Of a stretch of 64,000 bases of DNA, positions 12,966-26,400 are shown in pieces; the stretch's first letter is position 1; every line of letters starts with the position of its first letter. The notes below the pieces were generated by a model, which saw only the letters and a program-made list of their open reading frames with translations, did no database searches and was not told the origin of the DNA. Location of the stretch: the NCBI RefSeq assembly GCF_009914755.1, contig NC_060935.1, one strand, 5' to 3'. The DNA is from the human T2T-CHM13v2.0 reference genome, Homo sapiens. Position numbers and translations under genes: made by a program.

Positions 12966-14729
12966 TGCCTGCCCCACCTGGGGTCTCTGTCTCTCCCACA
13001 GCTCACTGACATTAGCCACGTGGCCCTCTGTTTCCTGTAATAGGCCATTTCCTAAGTAAGCATCATCCTCATTTCTATACGTTTTCTCTGATTACTGGAA
13101 ATTCCTCAAGTGTTGACCATTTTGATTCCTGGGCCCCTTAAGAGTCCATTAGCATTGGAATGGAGCCCACAGGACCATACCAGACAGATGCCACCACATC
13201 TTTTCTTGAAGTAGTGTTCAGGCTGAGGGGGTCATAGCCGAGGGTCCCTCTGGGGCCGCTTGCTCTCCTCCTACTCACAGCCCTCCTGCAGCCAGCAGCA
13301 GTGGGGGAGCCAAGCTGAGTTGATTACTTTTGACATCAGTTGTTAACATAATTTTGATGTTGAGCCTCCCCCCAGTTCTGGGGTGGCTCTGACTGTGTCC
13401 AGGCTCCAATTTGAGAAGCTATGGGGAGCCTCTCGGCCCCAGTTCTGGCCTGGCTGGGAGGTGGCCTGGGAAGGGACCTGTGTTTCTCAAGCCCGCGCCC
13501 TCGGGGCCTGGGGGTGGGGCCCCAGCAGATGTCTGGATTTGGTAGCCAGGGCCTGGAGCCGGATGCTGAGAATGAGGCCTGCAACTCATTTCCCCATTAA
13601 ACATTCTGAGAACATCTGCACCGGTTTCCAAGGCTTCTCCCTCACTAATTGCTTTGATTATTGTGTGAAGTTAAGAACTGGCACATTTCCACGATGTTGT
13701 GATGAAGGTGAAAAGATCGCTCTTAATTAGATTAAAAACATTTTTTTCTTCCTGTGTAATTTTGTCTTGAAAATCAAGGCCACTTTTTTGTTTTCTCCAT
13801 CCAAAGACCTCCAGAAACTTTCCTCCCCACCTCTCCAGAGGTTTCTGGGGAATGTCCTGTGAGCTCAACTCTTGGAGAAGATAGTGCTTAACCCAGATTC
13901 CATTGTATATTAAAGTTTCCTAGGGCTGCTCTTGCTGCCTGGAACCTTCCCCTGAAAATGTGTCTTGGGAGACCTAGACAGTGACTTCCTGCAGCATGGA
14001 GACCCGGGTGGGTCGATTTTAGTTGTGTGGGTGGCTGTGTTGCTCTCTTTCCGTTTCCTGGGCTCACTCACGCTCAGGGTTGACCCTGTCCTGGCTCTGT
14101 CACTGCCTGTCTTCCTCAGCGCCCCCGCTACTCAGACCCCACCCTTGGGCCTGCAGAGACATTTCCGTTCACTCTGAGATTTGTGTATGCTGAGGCTTGC
14201 TATACTTATTCTAAGGAGAAGTGTTTGGGGTGTGGGGTGTGGTCCTCAGTATCCTAAACTTAGGTTTTGGAAAGCCCAGCATCCTCCCTGGGACTTCTCA
14301 GGATTCCGGAAGTCATCTTTGACTGTGTCACATCACTGTCATGCTTGAGGCAAATCTATTCTGCACACCTTTGATCCAATGTGAGATCCAACATGTTCCA
14401 TAATTTGCATCAAACATCCTCATACAGCAGGGTGTGGAGAGAGGCTCACTGAAGGTTTGGGGAGATGAGGACTTGCATCACAGCAGTAGAAAGCCAATGT
14501 CCCACCTTAGGAAATCCCTTTCCAAGAGTTCCCTGTGCTGTTGCAGGGCTAGGGCCAGGGCCTTGGCCTCAGGCCAGCTTCTTTCCCACAAGCCTTCTCC
14601 CTGCCCTCTGCCCTGAAAACTAGTGGGGGCAGTGCAGACCAGTTTAGCTATTTTGTAACCTTGACTGCCCCCAGGCCCATGTCCGTAGGCTCACACCTCA
14701 CCCCCAACTTTGTCATGCACATTCCTGAA

Positions 14730-15210
14730 GACTCTCTTGGTAACAAATGATGGAACCCCAACTCAAACAAGCTTAAGCACAAAAGGGACATTTTTTGGCT
14801 CACACAGCTGGACCCAGCTGTTTCAGACACAGCTGGACCCCAGAGCTGAGATGATCTTGCTCACTTGCTCTCACTCTCCCCTCTTGCACTCCCCTTCTCC
14901 CTTCCCGTTCCCTCTTTTGTTCTCCCTTTCCCTTGCTCTCTATCCATTGGCCCCATGGGATGGCTGTATCCTTAGGCAGCTACTTTCTAAAAGGGGCAAA
15001 ATGGCCACCAGCTTGCATTCAACAGCTCAGGAAGCCCAGCAGAACGAGGTCATCTCTTCCAGGATTCCTGCCAGAATCTAAGGCCAGGTTCTTATTGGCC
15101 TCAGCTGGGGTACAAGCCATCCTTGGACCTGCAGCTGTACCTCCGATGGCTGAGGCAAGGTCCACAGGGACCCCTTTGGGGATGGCCAGAGGGTACCTAA
15201 ACACTGCACA
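14730..15210. mobile_element. MLT1-type (ERVL-MaLR) solo LTR
   Basis: aacaaatgatggaaccccaactcaaacaagcttaagcacaaaagggacattttttggctcaca resembles an MLT1J/K/L terminus. Confidence 0.6.
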
Positions 15211-17544
15211 CTAGGAGTGGGAAAGGAAGAGCCCCCTAAGGAAGATTTGAGAAGCTGTTCCCAGAAGCCAGGCCTGGCTGCTGGCAGGCAAAAACAACAG
15301 GTGTCCACTCAAGCAAGGTATTTTCCTAAGCGGAACTGGGTGCCAGCTGTGAATATACATTTTCACTCCATTCCTCGCCTTGTTCCTGGCAGCTGTTGTG
15401 GGAATGGCTTTTACACTTTCCATCCATGTCCCTTACTTCTCGCCTCTGAGTGGAGACACAGGTGGTGGCGGGGCCACTCTGGCTCAGGGTCTATGAGCCG
15501 GGCATGGGCAGCTGGCACAGGCTGTGGGGCTGCGGCTCAGCAATGTCACGCAGGGCCTGGCTGCAGCTGTCCGGATGCCCCTGGGGAGGGCTTCTCCTTC
15601 ACAGTGCAGGATCCGCAGGGCTTTGGTGAATCCACTGAGAGGGGGAGATTTCTTGAGGGGGCCAGGGAGGGGGCTTCTACTTGCAAAGGATAGGGAGAGC
15701 TTCTGTTCATCCTTGTGAAGTAGGCTGGCTCAGGGAACTCGCCTGTGCCAAACCCTGGGGAGACATGGGTGAGGCAGAAGGCAAGGTTCCCGTGCTGAGC
15801 GCCAGGCACACATAAGCCCTGCAGCCGTACAGGGGAGGGGGCAATCTCCGGAGCCCTGGAAAGCTTGTGGAAGAGGGCTTGGGTTACACCTGGGAGATTA
15901 GGCCGGATTTTAATCAATCAGGAGGGGAAGGGCAGGGGGTGAGTGGTTGGGTGAAGTTACTAGGAAGGGCCCAGACACTGGCGAGAGTCTCTTGAGGGCA
16001 GAGGGCAGCAGAGATGGGCTGGAGCTTTGAGCTTTGTCATAGGCTGGACTTGGGGCTTGAATGCTGACCTAATCTGGGCAGGGAGGGGTCTGGGGCTCGA
16101 TGAGAAGGCAGAGGAAGTGAGACCAGAATTTCTTGGGAACAGAAAGCCTCAAAGACTTTCATGATAGGAGAGCTCTATGTAGCCTCATGGGCAGCTCCAG
16201 GCCAGGTGGAGGGACATATTCTGGCAACTCTAGGATAAGATGTGCAAGGTCGTGGGCCAGAGAGCAAGGCACAGATACAGGAGACTTCCACAAATTATTG
16301 TTTCTTGACTTGGAAAAGTATCATGCAAAATAGAAAACACAGACACAATAAGGAAGGAAATGAAAATCACCCAAAGACAAAGTTAACATTTGGATCTGTT
16401 TCCTTCTAGTCTTTTTTCTGTGCCTGTATTTTTAAAAAAATAAAATTCAAATCCCCCTATCGAGCAGGACCACTGACTAGAAAGGAGGATGCTGTGCTGA
16501 GTTTGATTCCTGTTCTCTTGAGAGGGTGAGACTTGGCAGCCAGCGTCCCCAGCTGGGGTAGTCGCCACGCCCGAGGCTGCCTTTGCCATCCCAGACCTCC
16601 CACTTTCCTAGAAAACAAAATTGTTTTGTTCTGCCCTGAAAATTTAGGCCCAGATCCTGGCCTTGACAAAGCAAAGGCAGCCAAAGAATTAAAGCATCAA
16701 AAACCAGGACTGTCTTAGGAAAGTGTGACTTCATTGTCACCAGGATGCTGTGCTCTTTGTCCCCAGGGCCAGCCACTCTAGGCAGTTCAGCAAAGGGCAC
16801 CTGGCATTGCTCCGGTACCTCCTGCAGAGCCTGGATATCCAGATGAACTGCCCTTTCAAGTACACCATGGGCTCAACCTTCTCTGCAGCTGTGAGTTCAG
16901 GCTGTGAAATACCCACTTCAGAGGTGGGGGTGACAAGCAAGACCTGTTAGGGCACAGCACTTGCCCTCAAGCCCTGGCCTGAAAGAGGCAGCACCAGTGT
17001 GTCTGGAAAGAGCTGAATCCCCACCCACCCACCCCCAGCTCCCCTCCATGCTCTCCTAGATGCCTGACCTGGCTACGACCACAGGTGAAAACAGGGAAGA
17101 GGTGGCAGCTCTGGTCACTGCCTCCCTGTGGTGGAGAAAGCACGCCCCACAGTCTCCAACACACAAGCCAGCAGACAATAACCTCTCCTCTTGAATTGGA
17201 AAAACAAATCTGTGGAGGCCTTCTCTGCCCCTTGTTATAGGGGCCCCATATGCCGTTCCCAGGATTAAACCAAAAAGCACACATTCCTCTCTGGCAGGTG
17301 CAGGTCCCACCCACTCTGGGCAGCCAACTGATGTGCACATTTTAATTTCCTAAAACACCAGGACAGAACCTTCCTCAGGGGTCAGGTGGCTCACCCTTGG
17401 CCCTCAGGCTTTGGAGATGGGCACTTGTCATCATGGGTGTTTGGAAAGCAACTCTACGTTCTAGCCTGTGCTCCATCGTTCCTTCTACATACAAGTGATG
17501 CAAACATCAAAATATGTTTTTTCTTTCTTCCTTCCTTTAAAAAA

Positions 17545-17660
17545 AATTGAATCCTGGATGAAGTTTTAGCTCTGTCACTTGACAACTGCATTATATAACC
17601 TAGGGTACTTGAATCTCAGCCCCAAATCTCTAAAATGGGGGCAGTAACATGCTTCTGCCA
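17545..17660 (+). mobile_element. MIR fragment
   Basis: tagctctgtcacttgacaactg...tctctaaaatgggggcagtaac. Confidence 0.55.
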
Positions 17661-17849
17661 GGTCCCAGACCTGTGGGTCTCCAAATCTGCACATTCTTCA
17701 AGCCTTACAGGTCCTTCCCTGGTCTCTCTAAGGATGTCATGGGCACAGAGCCCTTTCACTCTGAGCCCTTCTCCTGGCTGTGACTAAGTAATGTCTGTGT
17801 GGTTTCCTGCTGGAAGTCTGCCACTCGCCCCCACGGGCCATGAGCTCCT

Positions 17850-20800
17850 GAGTTTATTTACATTTCCCTGATTGCTAGTCAGGCGCAACACCTTTCCACA
17901 TGCTCATCAGCCTTTTGGATTCCTCTTTTGTGATGTGCTACTTTGTCTATTGCCCATTTTCTATTAAGTCATTTATATTTTTCCTATTGATTTGTAGGAG
18001 TCCTTTGCATTTTGTGGGCACTGTCTTTTCACTCTTTAAGGTGTATTTTGATGATTGGGTCTTAACTCTAATGTCAAATTACTCAGTCTTCTCTCTCATG
18101 GTTATTGCTTCTTTTAAAAAAAACCATCCTAATGCTGATGTCATTAAGATATTCTTCTATATTCAGTCATGTGACCTTTATAGTTATGCTTTTCATAGTT
18201 AGGTCTTCAATCCCCTAGAATGACAAGAATGAATTTTTGGTATATGATGTGAGGTAATTAAGGGTCCAACTTAATGTTTTTCCAGTGTGGGTATCCAACT
18301 GCTCCTGAACATTTGATTGAAAAGTCCATGCTCTTCCCAGGATGTGCAGGCCACCTCTGATACACAGCAAGCTTCCATATTTGTGTGGGCTGTTTCCCAA
18401 TGCTCAATCCTGTCCCATTGGCCTATTTGTCTCTCCCTGTGTCAATACCACATTGCCCTAATGACCACTGCCTTGGAAGAAGTACTGATGTTTGGTACAG
18501 CAAGTTCTCCCACCTTGTTCTTCTTCAAGAATATTGCCAATTCTTGGCTTTTTGCACTTCCAAGTCGCAGTTAGAATCAGCTTGCCAAAGTTCTCACACA
18601 GAAGCCTTGAGATTTTTATTAAGATTTGGAGAGATTTATTCAGATTTTGAGATAATCTTTTCAGTATTGAGTCTTCTAGTCATTGGAATGAAGGCATATT
18701 TCTCCATTTATATCTTCTTCATTGTCTCTTACTAAAGTTTTACAATTTTCTCCAGAGTTCTTGCATATACTTAGTTAGATAATTAATATTCTTTTGTGCT
18801 ATTGTATACAGGTTCTGTTTTCTCTTGTTACCTCACATTTTTTATTTACAGAAGAGAAACAAAAATAGTACCGAGTACCCACATCCCTTTCACCAGCTTC
18901 CCCTAATGTTAGCATCTTATATAACCATGGTACATTGACCAAAACTAAAAAATTAACATTGGTACACTATTAAGCTAGAGTTATAAATTTATTTGGATTT
19001 CCCCAGTTTAACTACTAATGTCCTTTTTCTGTTCCAAGATCCCATCTAGGATCGATCATTACATTTATTGTCATCTCTGATCGGTGACGGGCTTCTCAGT
19101 CTTGTTCTTCATTAACTTGACACTTTTGAAGAATACCAGTCAGGTGTCATTGTCCCTCAGTTTGGATTTGTCTGGTGTTTTCTCAGGACTAGACCAGGGT
19201 TATAGGTTTAGGGGAAGGAGGCCAGTGAGGTGAGATGCTTTCCTCATTGTGGAACATGACATCAACATGGTTTATCACTGGTAATATTAACCTTGAGCCA
19301 CTCGTTTAAAGTGGTGTCGGCCAGGCTCCTCCACTGTAAGTGAATAGCTGTTTTTCCCTTTCCATAGCTTAGTCTTTAGAAGCGAGTCACTAAGTATAGC
19401 CCACACTCAAGGTGGGGAAGGGAGGGGTTCAACTCTACCTCCTGCAGGAGAGTATCAAAAAAAATCTGCAAATATGTTAAAACTACCACAGCAATTAAAA
19501 TACATTTCAAGGAAGAAACTGTGAAGTTTCTGAGTTTCACTAACTAATTTCAGCATTCATTCATGGATCGTTTTCCTGCAGCAAATATTACCGTGATGTA
19601 CTTCTATTTTCCTCATTCCTTCTACATTTTTTATTTGGAATTCCTTTATAAGGAAGATTTGTCCCTCTCCTCCAATTGTTTATTTAATTTTATCAGTGTG
19701 GATTTGGGAGTATTTATTTTTTGAGTTATAGTCCAATATTATTTATTTTGTTGCTCAAATTGTTCAAGCTGTGGCCACTGGTGGGTTCATGTGTCCTTTT
19801 GATGTGCCCCCCGCCATCCTTTTCATTTATTTTTAAGCATTTCTTTTCTAGCACTTGACAATACTTCAGGCTCATCTTTTATTTTCCCTACCCTAGCCCT
19901 AGAATCATCCATTCATCCAGAGAGCGGCTCCCTGGAGAATGAATAGAAAACCTGGATCTAGGCACGGGGTATGCTCGTGGCTACTAGGGTATCATTGCTT
20001 CAGTCTCCTCTCAGTGGACAGAGCTAGGAAATATATGTATGTATGTAACCTGAGTACACATACATCTTTACATATCTGTATCTATATAAAGCTAACCATG
20101 AGTTCATACTGACATTTCTGACCAGAGTTCATCCTTGCCCCCTCCCCCACAACTTATTTATAGCTTTTTCTCTGACAGCTAGAAACCTGGCTCCCATTAC
20201 CTACAGTTCATTTACTTATTTGTGTAACCCTATTGTACACGTAGTACCCTATGTGAAGCAAATTTACCTACTAGATTAGAGTGTTTAGGACAGACTTTTG
20301 CTTTAACCATAGAGTGTCCAGTCAAAACAGTGTTTTTGAAAGCAACATATGCCAGCTCCTCCTCCTCCTTTCCTTTCACTGCTATGTCATTTGTTTGTAA
20401 CACGCTCATCATAGTCTGCTTTTCATCGTAGGGTCCTCCAACATCCGGGTTAATTTTTTAAATTTGCATACAGTAAAATCCACTCTTTGAGATTCAGTTC
20501 TGTGGGTTTTGACAGATGTCTGGAGTCATGTGTCCACAATCCAGTATCATTCACAGAAGTTCCATACCCCTAAAAATACCCTGGGGTGAGTCTTTTGAAG
20601 TCAAGTACTTCTCCCCTAACCACTGGCAGCTATTGATCTGTTTTATGTCCCTGTAGTTTTGTTTTTCTAGAATGTCCTATAAATGGGATCCTATAATATG
20701 TATTCTTTTGCATCTGGCTTCTTTCACTGCTTAGCAAAATGCATTTGAGATTCATCCATGTTGTTGCATAAATCATTAGTTAATTTCTTTTTATTGCTGG

Positions 20801-21600
20801 GTGGTATTCCATTGCATGAATATATACATTTTGTTTATGCATTCACCTGTTGAAGGACATCTTCATTGTTTCCAGTATTTGGTAATTATGAGCAGAGTTA
20901 CTATACACATTTATGTACAGGTTTTTGCGAACATAAAAATTCAATTCACTTGGGTGGGAAAGGAACCGATAGGTCATGTGGTATGTGTATGTTTAACTTA
21001 ATAAGAAATTGCTAAACTATTTCCTAAAGTCACTGTGCCATTTTGCATTCCCACCAGTAACATATGAGAGTTCTACATGTTCCACATCCTCAAGAGTGGT
21101 TGGTATTGTCAGGTTTTGAATTTTTTTTTTAATTTATGGAATTTCATTGTGATTCTAATTTGCATTTCCATATTTATGTTAATTATGTATCTTTTCATGT
21201 GCTTATTTATAATCCATTTTTAAAATTGGATTGTTCACTTTATTGTCAAGTTGTAAGCATTCTTTATATATTCTGAGTGCAAGTCCTTGACCTGATAGGT
21301 GATATGCAAATATTCTTTCCAAGTCTGTGCTTTGTCTTTTCATTCCATTAGCAGTGTCTGTTGCACAGCAAAAGCTTTTAATTTTGATAAAGTCCAATTT
21401 GTTGATTCTTTTTCTCTTACGAGTTAAACTTTTGGTTTCGTATTTCAGAATTCACTGCCAAATCCAAGGTCCTGGAGATTTTCTCTTATGTTTTCTTCAA
21501 GATATTTTATGGTTTTATGTTTTATTTTAGATTTTTTTTCAGTAAGTTTGTATGTAGTACCCTTTAAATTTTCATTTTCTAATTGTTGATCATCTGTCCT
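17850..21600 (-). mobile_element. Nested old L1 (L1ME with an inserted L1MC/MD-like 3' end from ~18835)
   Basis: ORF2 C-terminal remnant MDFIKIKSFC...LERIFA (21203..21397) and typical L1M 3'UTR text. Confidence 0.75.
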
Positions 21601-21739
21601 ATCAGGCATAGATACTAAATGCATTAAAACTTTTACACACATACATATGTATACATACAACACATTCAAATAGTGAAATTAGGAATAAATTTAAGAGAGA
21701 ATTGTATTACGCTGATGTGGGAAAACCTTCCTTTTTTAT

Positions 21740-22600
21740 AAAGCAAAAGATGTATCACTTTAAAAACATAAAACATTTTCTAGGATAAAAGCAACATAAT
21801 TCAGGTGAAAAAACAGACTGGGGAAGCTATCTATGCCTCATATAACAAGGAGTTAATGTCTGTAATGTATAGAAAATTCCTACAAAGTGATAAGCAAAAG
21901 TGAGCAAAGGACATGAACAGGCAATTCTGCAAGAGGAAACCCAAACAGATGCCAAGCCCATAAAAGGTATTCAACACAGATGGAAATAACAGCAATGCCT
22001 CAGTTTTCATCCATGCTTGATAGTCCCTGCAAAAGGTGCTGACAACCTTCATTCGGGCTTCATTCAACACTTCATTCAGGCATGGATGTGGGAAAGCTGG
22101 GGGAGCCTGAATTGCTACAACTTCTTGGGAAAGCAATCTAGCAACATTTATTAAAATTACTAAGGACACACCCTCTCACCCTGCTCCAGTATGTCAGCTT
22201 TTAAGAATAAAGATGAATATGGCATCATAGTCTGAATAATTAAGCAGCTTAAAACTATAAGAGCCTGAATGTCCATGATATACAGAATGGTTAGCTGTGG
22301 CCAATCTAAACTGTGGACTATTATGTAATGACTAAAATAATTAAATCCATGCCTATATACCTAGAGAAAAATGAAATGAGCTTATGTTACAGAGTGACAG
22401 GAACAGAGTCACAGTGACATCCCATGTGCATAAAAGCAACTCCCACCTGGCATCTGCTGCTCGGATGAGCAGAGAGGGTGGGCTAGGGATCTAGTTGGCA
22501 GTTAACACTGATGACCTTGGGGGAGGAAAGCCATTGTGAATCTTTGAATTATTCCACTTCTCACAGATGAGTACTTAATCCTTTTGCAATAAAATATTTA
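21740..22600 (+). mobile_element. L1ME-type fragment in plus orientation
   Basis: aaacagactgggaag...gagttaatgtctgtaatgtatagaaaattcctaca...gagcaaaggacatgaacaggcaattc. Confidence 0.65.
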
Positions 22601-23173
22601 AATGAAGACAAATATAAGCCAAGAGCAAATACTGATAGTGTCAACAGAGAGTGGGGAGTGATAAGGATCAGTATCCTGAGCTCCTGTGTCAAAGTTGCAG
22701 AGGTGGGCCCAGGAATCATAATGTGAAGCCAGCTGTTGGAGGGACTCCTGTGCCTCATTGGGGGTACAACTGGTTGATGTAGCATCGTGTTTTGAGGAAG
22801 GAGTTCTGTGGCTGCCCCCACCTCCCAGGCTTGCCATTCCTCATGGGTCAGAGGTCCTATCACCCCATCTTTCCTGACCCACTACTCTGTCAATGTATGA
22901 GTGTGACAATGTATGGTGGTGGGAGCTGTTGTCCCTTACCAGGCCTGTGCCTGTCACCTCTGTTTTATTCTTGACCCAAGTGTCAGTTGTGAACATGGGA
23001 AGAGGCCCAGAACCTGAGGTGGGGAGAGTCTTGGACACCTGAGCACAGCCCCAGGCACAGTTACCACTCCGAAGATGATTCACTGGCCTTTATTCTCCTC
23101 AGACACTGAGGTGTCAGGCACTTTGGGGCCATCTTAAACACCCACCCACCCCAACACCCAACTATAAAACTGA

Positions 23174-23425
<252 letters not shown>

Positions 23426-26400
23426 TGAGTGCCTACATGTGCGTGAAGGGCTGGGCTGGAGGGGACTGGAGCTCAAGGAGTCAGACTTGGTGCTGGGGAA
23501 GCCTTGCTCTCTGGCCAGAGTGCTATCTACTCGCCTAGTGCCCACCACTTGCCGTCTGCCTGGCCCCAACACGGAGGCACCAGGCAAGAGAGGAGAGCAA
23601 GGGCACTTCCCACTGAGCCTGGGAACATGATCCTCTTGTTTTGACTTATGGAAAACCAGACTGATCATTTTCCACTTGTTTTCATGCTTTGAGAGTCTGA
23701 GATTGTTTTTCTCTCCCCCAGCCCCCTCCCCTGCCCCCCAAAAAAGAGACGACTTTGTTTTTTAGCATTTCCCCATGGAACCCTGGCCAAAGCCATGGGG
23801 CAGATGCCGGGTGCAGTCTGCCAGTTGCTGCTGCTGTCCTCAGGGGCTCCTTCAGGTGGAGGAAATGGCTGATTTTCCACGCCTTCCAGTTGGCCTTCCC
23901 CTGAGGCACAGCTGGCCTGGGATGCATGCCCGTCCTCCCCCGCCGTCACGGCATGGCCAGGCCAATCCCCGGTGCCCGGCCACGGTGTGATTCCCCTGCG
24001 ACATGTGACTCCCCGCTGGGGTGCCCAGCGGTGACAGCCGTGCAGCGGGGTCAGTGGGGCACCCAAGTCCATTCTGGCCACAGTCCCATTCTGGCTGCTA
24101 ACCCGTTGGGGATTCCCCTTGATAAATGTCTTTGTGTCAAGATCTGTGAGTGACACTCGCGGCCCTTCTGAGGGTCACTTGTGGAAACTCTCCTTCTCTC
24201 TACCAACATTTTTCTAAAGGGTGTTTTGTTCTTTGGACTCTCTGGGGGTCAGGAGGTTGTCCTGAGCCATGTGTGTCTTTGTCGTAGTGAGGCCCTGGGC
24301 CTCCTGCCTTTGCAGCCAGCCAGGTGCAAGGCCTGGCCTTGCAAATCACTGAGGAAATCGGGACCCATGGTGCTGGGGGCTGCAGGTGTAACCAGAGAAC
24401 TGGCAGGGTTGGGTAGCCAGAATGAGGCCACCTCCAGGGAAGGAGTGGCTATCTTAAGGGGTAATTATGATCAGACAGGACCTGCCCACTGTCTTTCCAG
24501 GCCCCCCCAGTTCACAGAGAGGTTGGCAGTACCTCATGGTGGGTAGGGTGTGAAGAGGCTCCAAGGGAGCCAGCAGATCACTGGAAAGCAGGGGTGACTA
24601 GTCATGGACACCCTGAGAATAGGGCTCTGAGCTTCTGGGCCCCTCCTGGCTGGGTAAAAAGGCAGGAGCAGAGGTGTGAGCAGGCTGGTAGCCAGATGGG
24701 CTGCCCAGGTACAGGTCAGCACCAGAAGGCAGAATGATGGCTTACACTGTGGCCAAGGCCTGTACCAAGTCCTGGATATGATGGACCTCCAAAGTGATCA
24801 GTGTTAGTTTAGTGGCTCATGTTGTGTGCAATACAGGTGGCAGTGCCTGTATTGCCTCTTGGCTGTCCCCTCAGAGAGGGGACTGTCCCTTCTCATCCTT
24901 CTGGCTGCTTGCTTCTCCTGTTGGAGCTCTCGCTCACCTTGGTTCTCTTGGTCACGGACCAGCATCCAGACATGCAAAAAGTCCTACTGGGAGGAGAGGG
25001 CCATCACCCACAGTCCATCTAGCTGGGCAGCCAGGCCTTACCAACTCTTGGGTCTTGCAAGGCCCCTGCAGGTGAAGGTGGTGAGAGACCAGGCACTTAT
25101 GTGGATCACAGCCAAACTTGCAGCTGCCCAGTAAATCACCACTATGGGGGTGAGGGCTGCCAGTGCTGGTATCAGCACATGCCAAGCTCCCTGGAGCCAG
25201 AGGTTACCCACCTGCCCAAGGGTGACCCCAAGCCAGTGTGGCTGTGTCATCTAGGACACTGGGCTGTTTCTTGTTCCACTCCAGGATGACAGGGCCTGAG
25301 AGACCTGAACATCCATCCCCAAGCTCTCTGCCCACTTTGGGTCTGGCACATTACCATTCTGCAAGATCCTGCAGCCTTTTCAGGTTGGCACTCCCATGGC
25401 CTCCAGTGATAAGTGGGCCCAGGCAGGTCAGAGACTCCAGTCATTACCCAACCAGGTCCCTGCCCTGTAACTTACCAAGGCCTCTCTCAGAGCAGGCTGT
25501 TCCAAAAGTGGCTGCTAGATATGAGCCAGCCTGGGAAGGCAGGAAGGAGCCCAGGCATGGGGCTTGGGGTGAGGGATCTGAAGAGGGGACTGGGAGAGGG
25601 AAAAACAAGGAGGTTGCTGCAAAGGGGCCACCTTGAGGCATTGTGTTCTGGTCAGGGAAGACTCAGGGCTGAGGCTTCAGGGGAGCTGGGTTCCTGCATC
25701 CTCAGAAGTCAGGGTACGGTCCCTCCAGAGAGGCCTGAAGGGGAGAGTGGGCACGTACAGTGTCAGGGCCTAGGAACCCAGGCTCCTCTGGGATACAGGC
25801 TGGGTAGAGGCCCCACTCCATCTGGGGGAGAAGGCTGGCAGCAGTGGGCACCCTGTTTCCTCAGGGCCCAAACCGCCTGGCGGCAGGGGTGTGGGGGCCG
25901 TGCAGGTCTTCTGCCCGCATTGGGGCTGCATTCCTCCACCTCCTGCACAGCCCGCCCAGTGATGCCCATAATTAAACTCGGCTCCAGCTGCTCAGGGATG
26001 CAGCGAAGCTCCTGTGGGCAGCCTGGCCCCATGGACCCTGAACTGGGAAGAGAGGCACATGCCCTGGTGTGTGTGAGGGACAGGGATGTGTGCTGGGGTC
26101 TCACAGGGGGCAGAGTGGGTGGGAGGCAGTTACCAAAAAACATTTCCATTTTTCTTCAGCATTCTACTGATGTTAAATGTATTACCATGCTGGGCCAGTT
26201 CCAGAATTCAAATTAAAAACATAAATAAAGACACATTTTGTTTCCATCTCGAGCTCTCCCCGCCCGCAGGGCCCCAGAGAGGTGAGGTCACTATAGCCTT
26301 GATTACGGGAAGGTCCCTGGGGCTGGGCGAAGCTCCTCTTTCCGGGGCCTGTTAGCCAGAGGTGGGGTGGGGGGTGAGCAGGCCTGATGCAAGCTAGGGA

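Noticed and set aside
25413-26216. 267-aa ORF
   Set aside because: No recognisable domain, composition typical of GC-rich intron, and no supporting gene structure.
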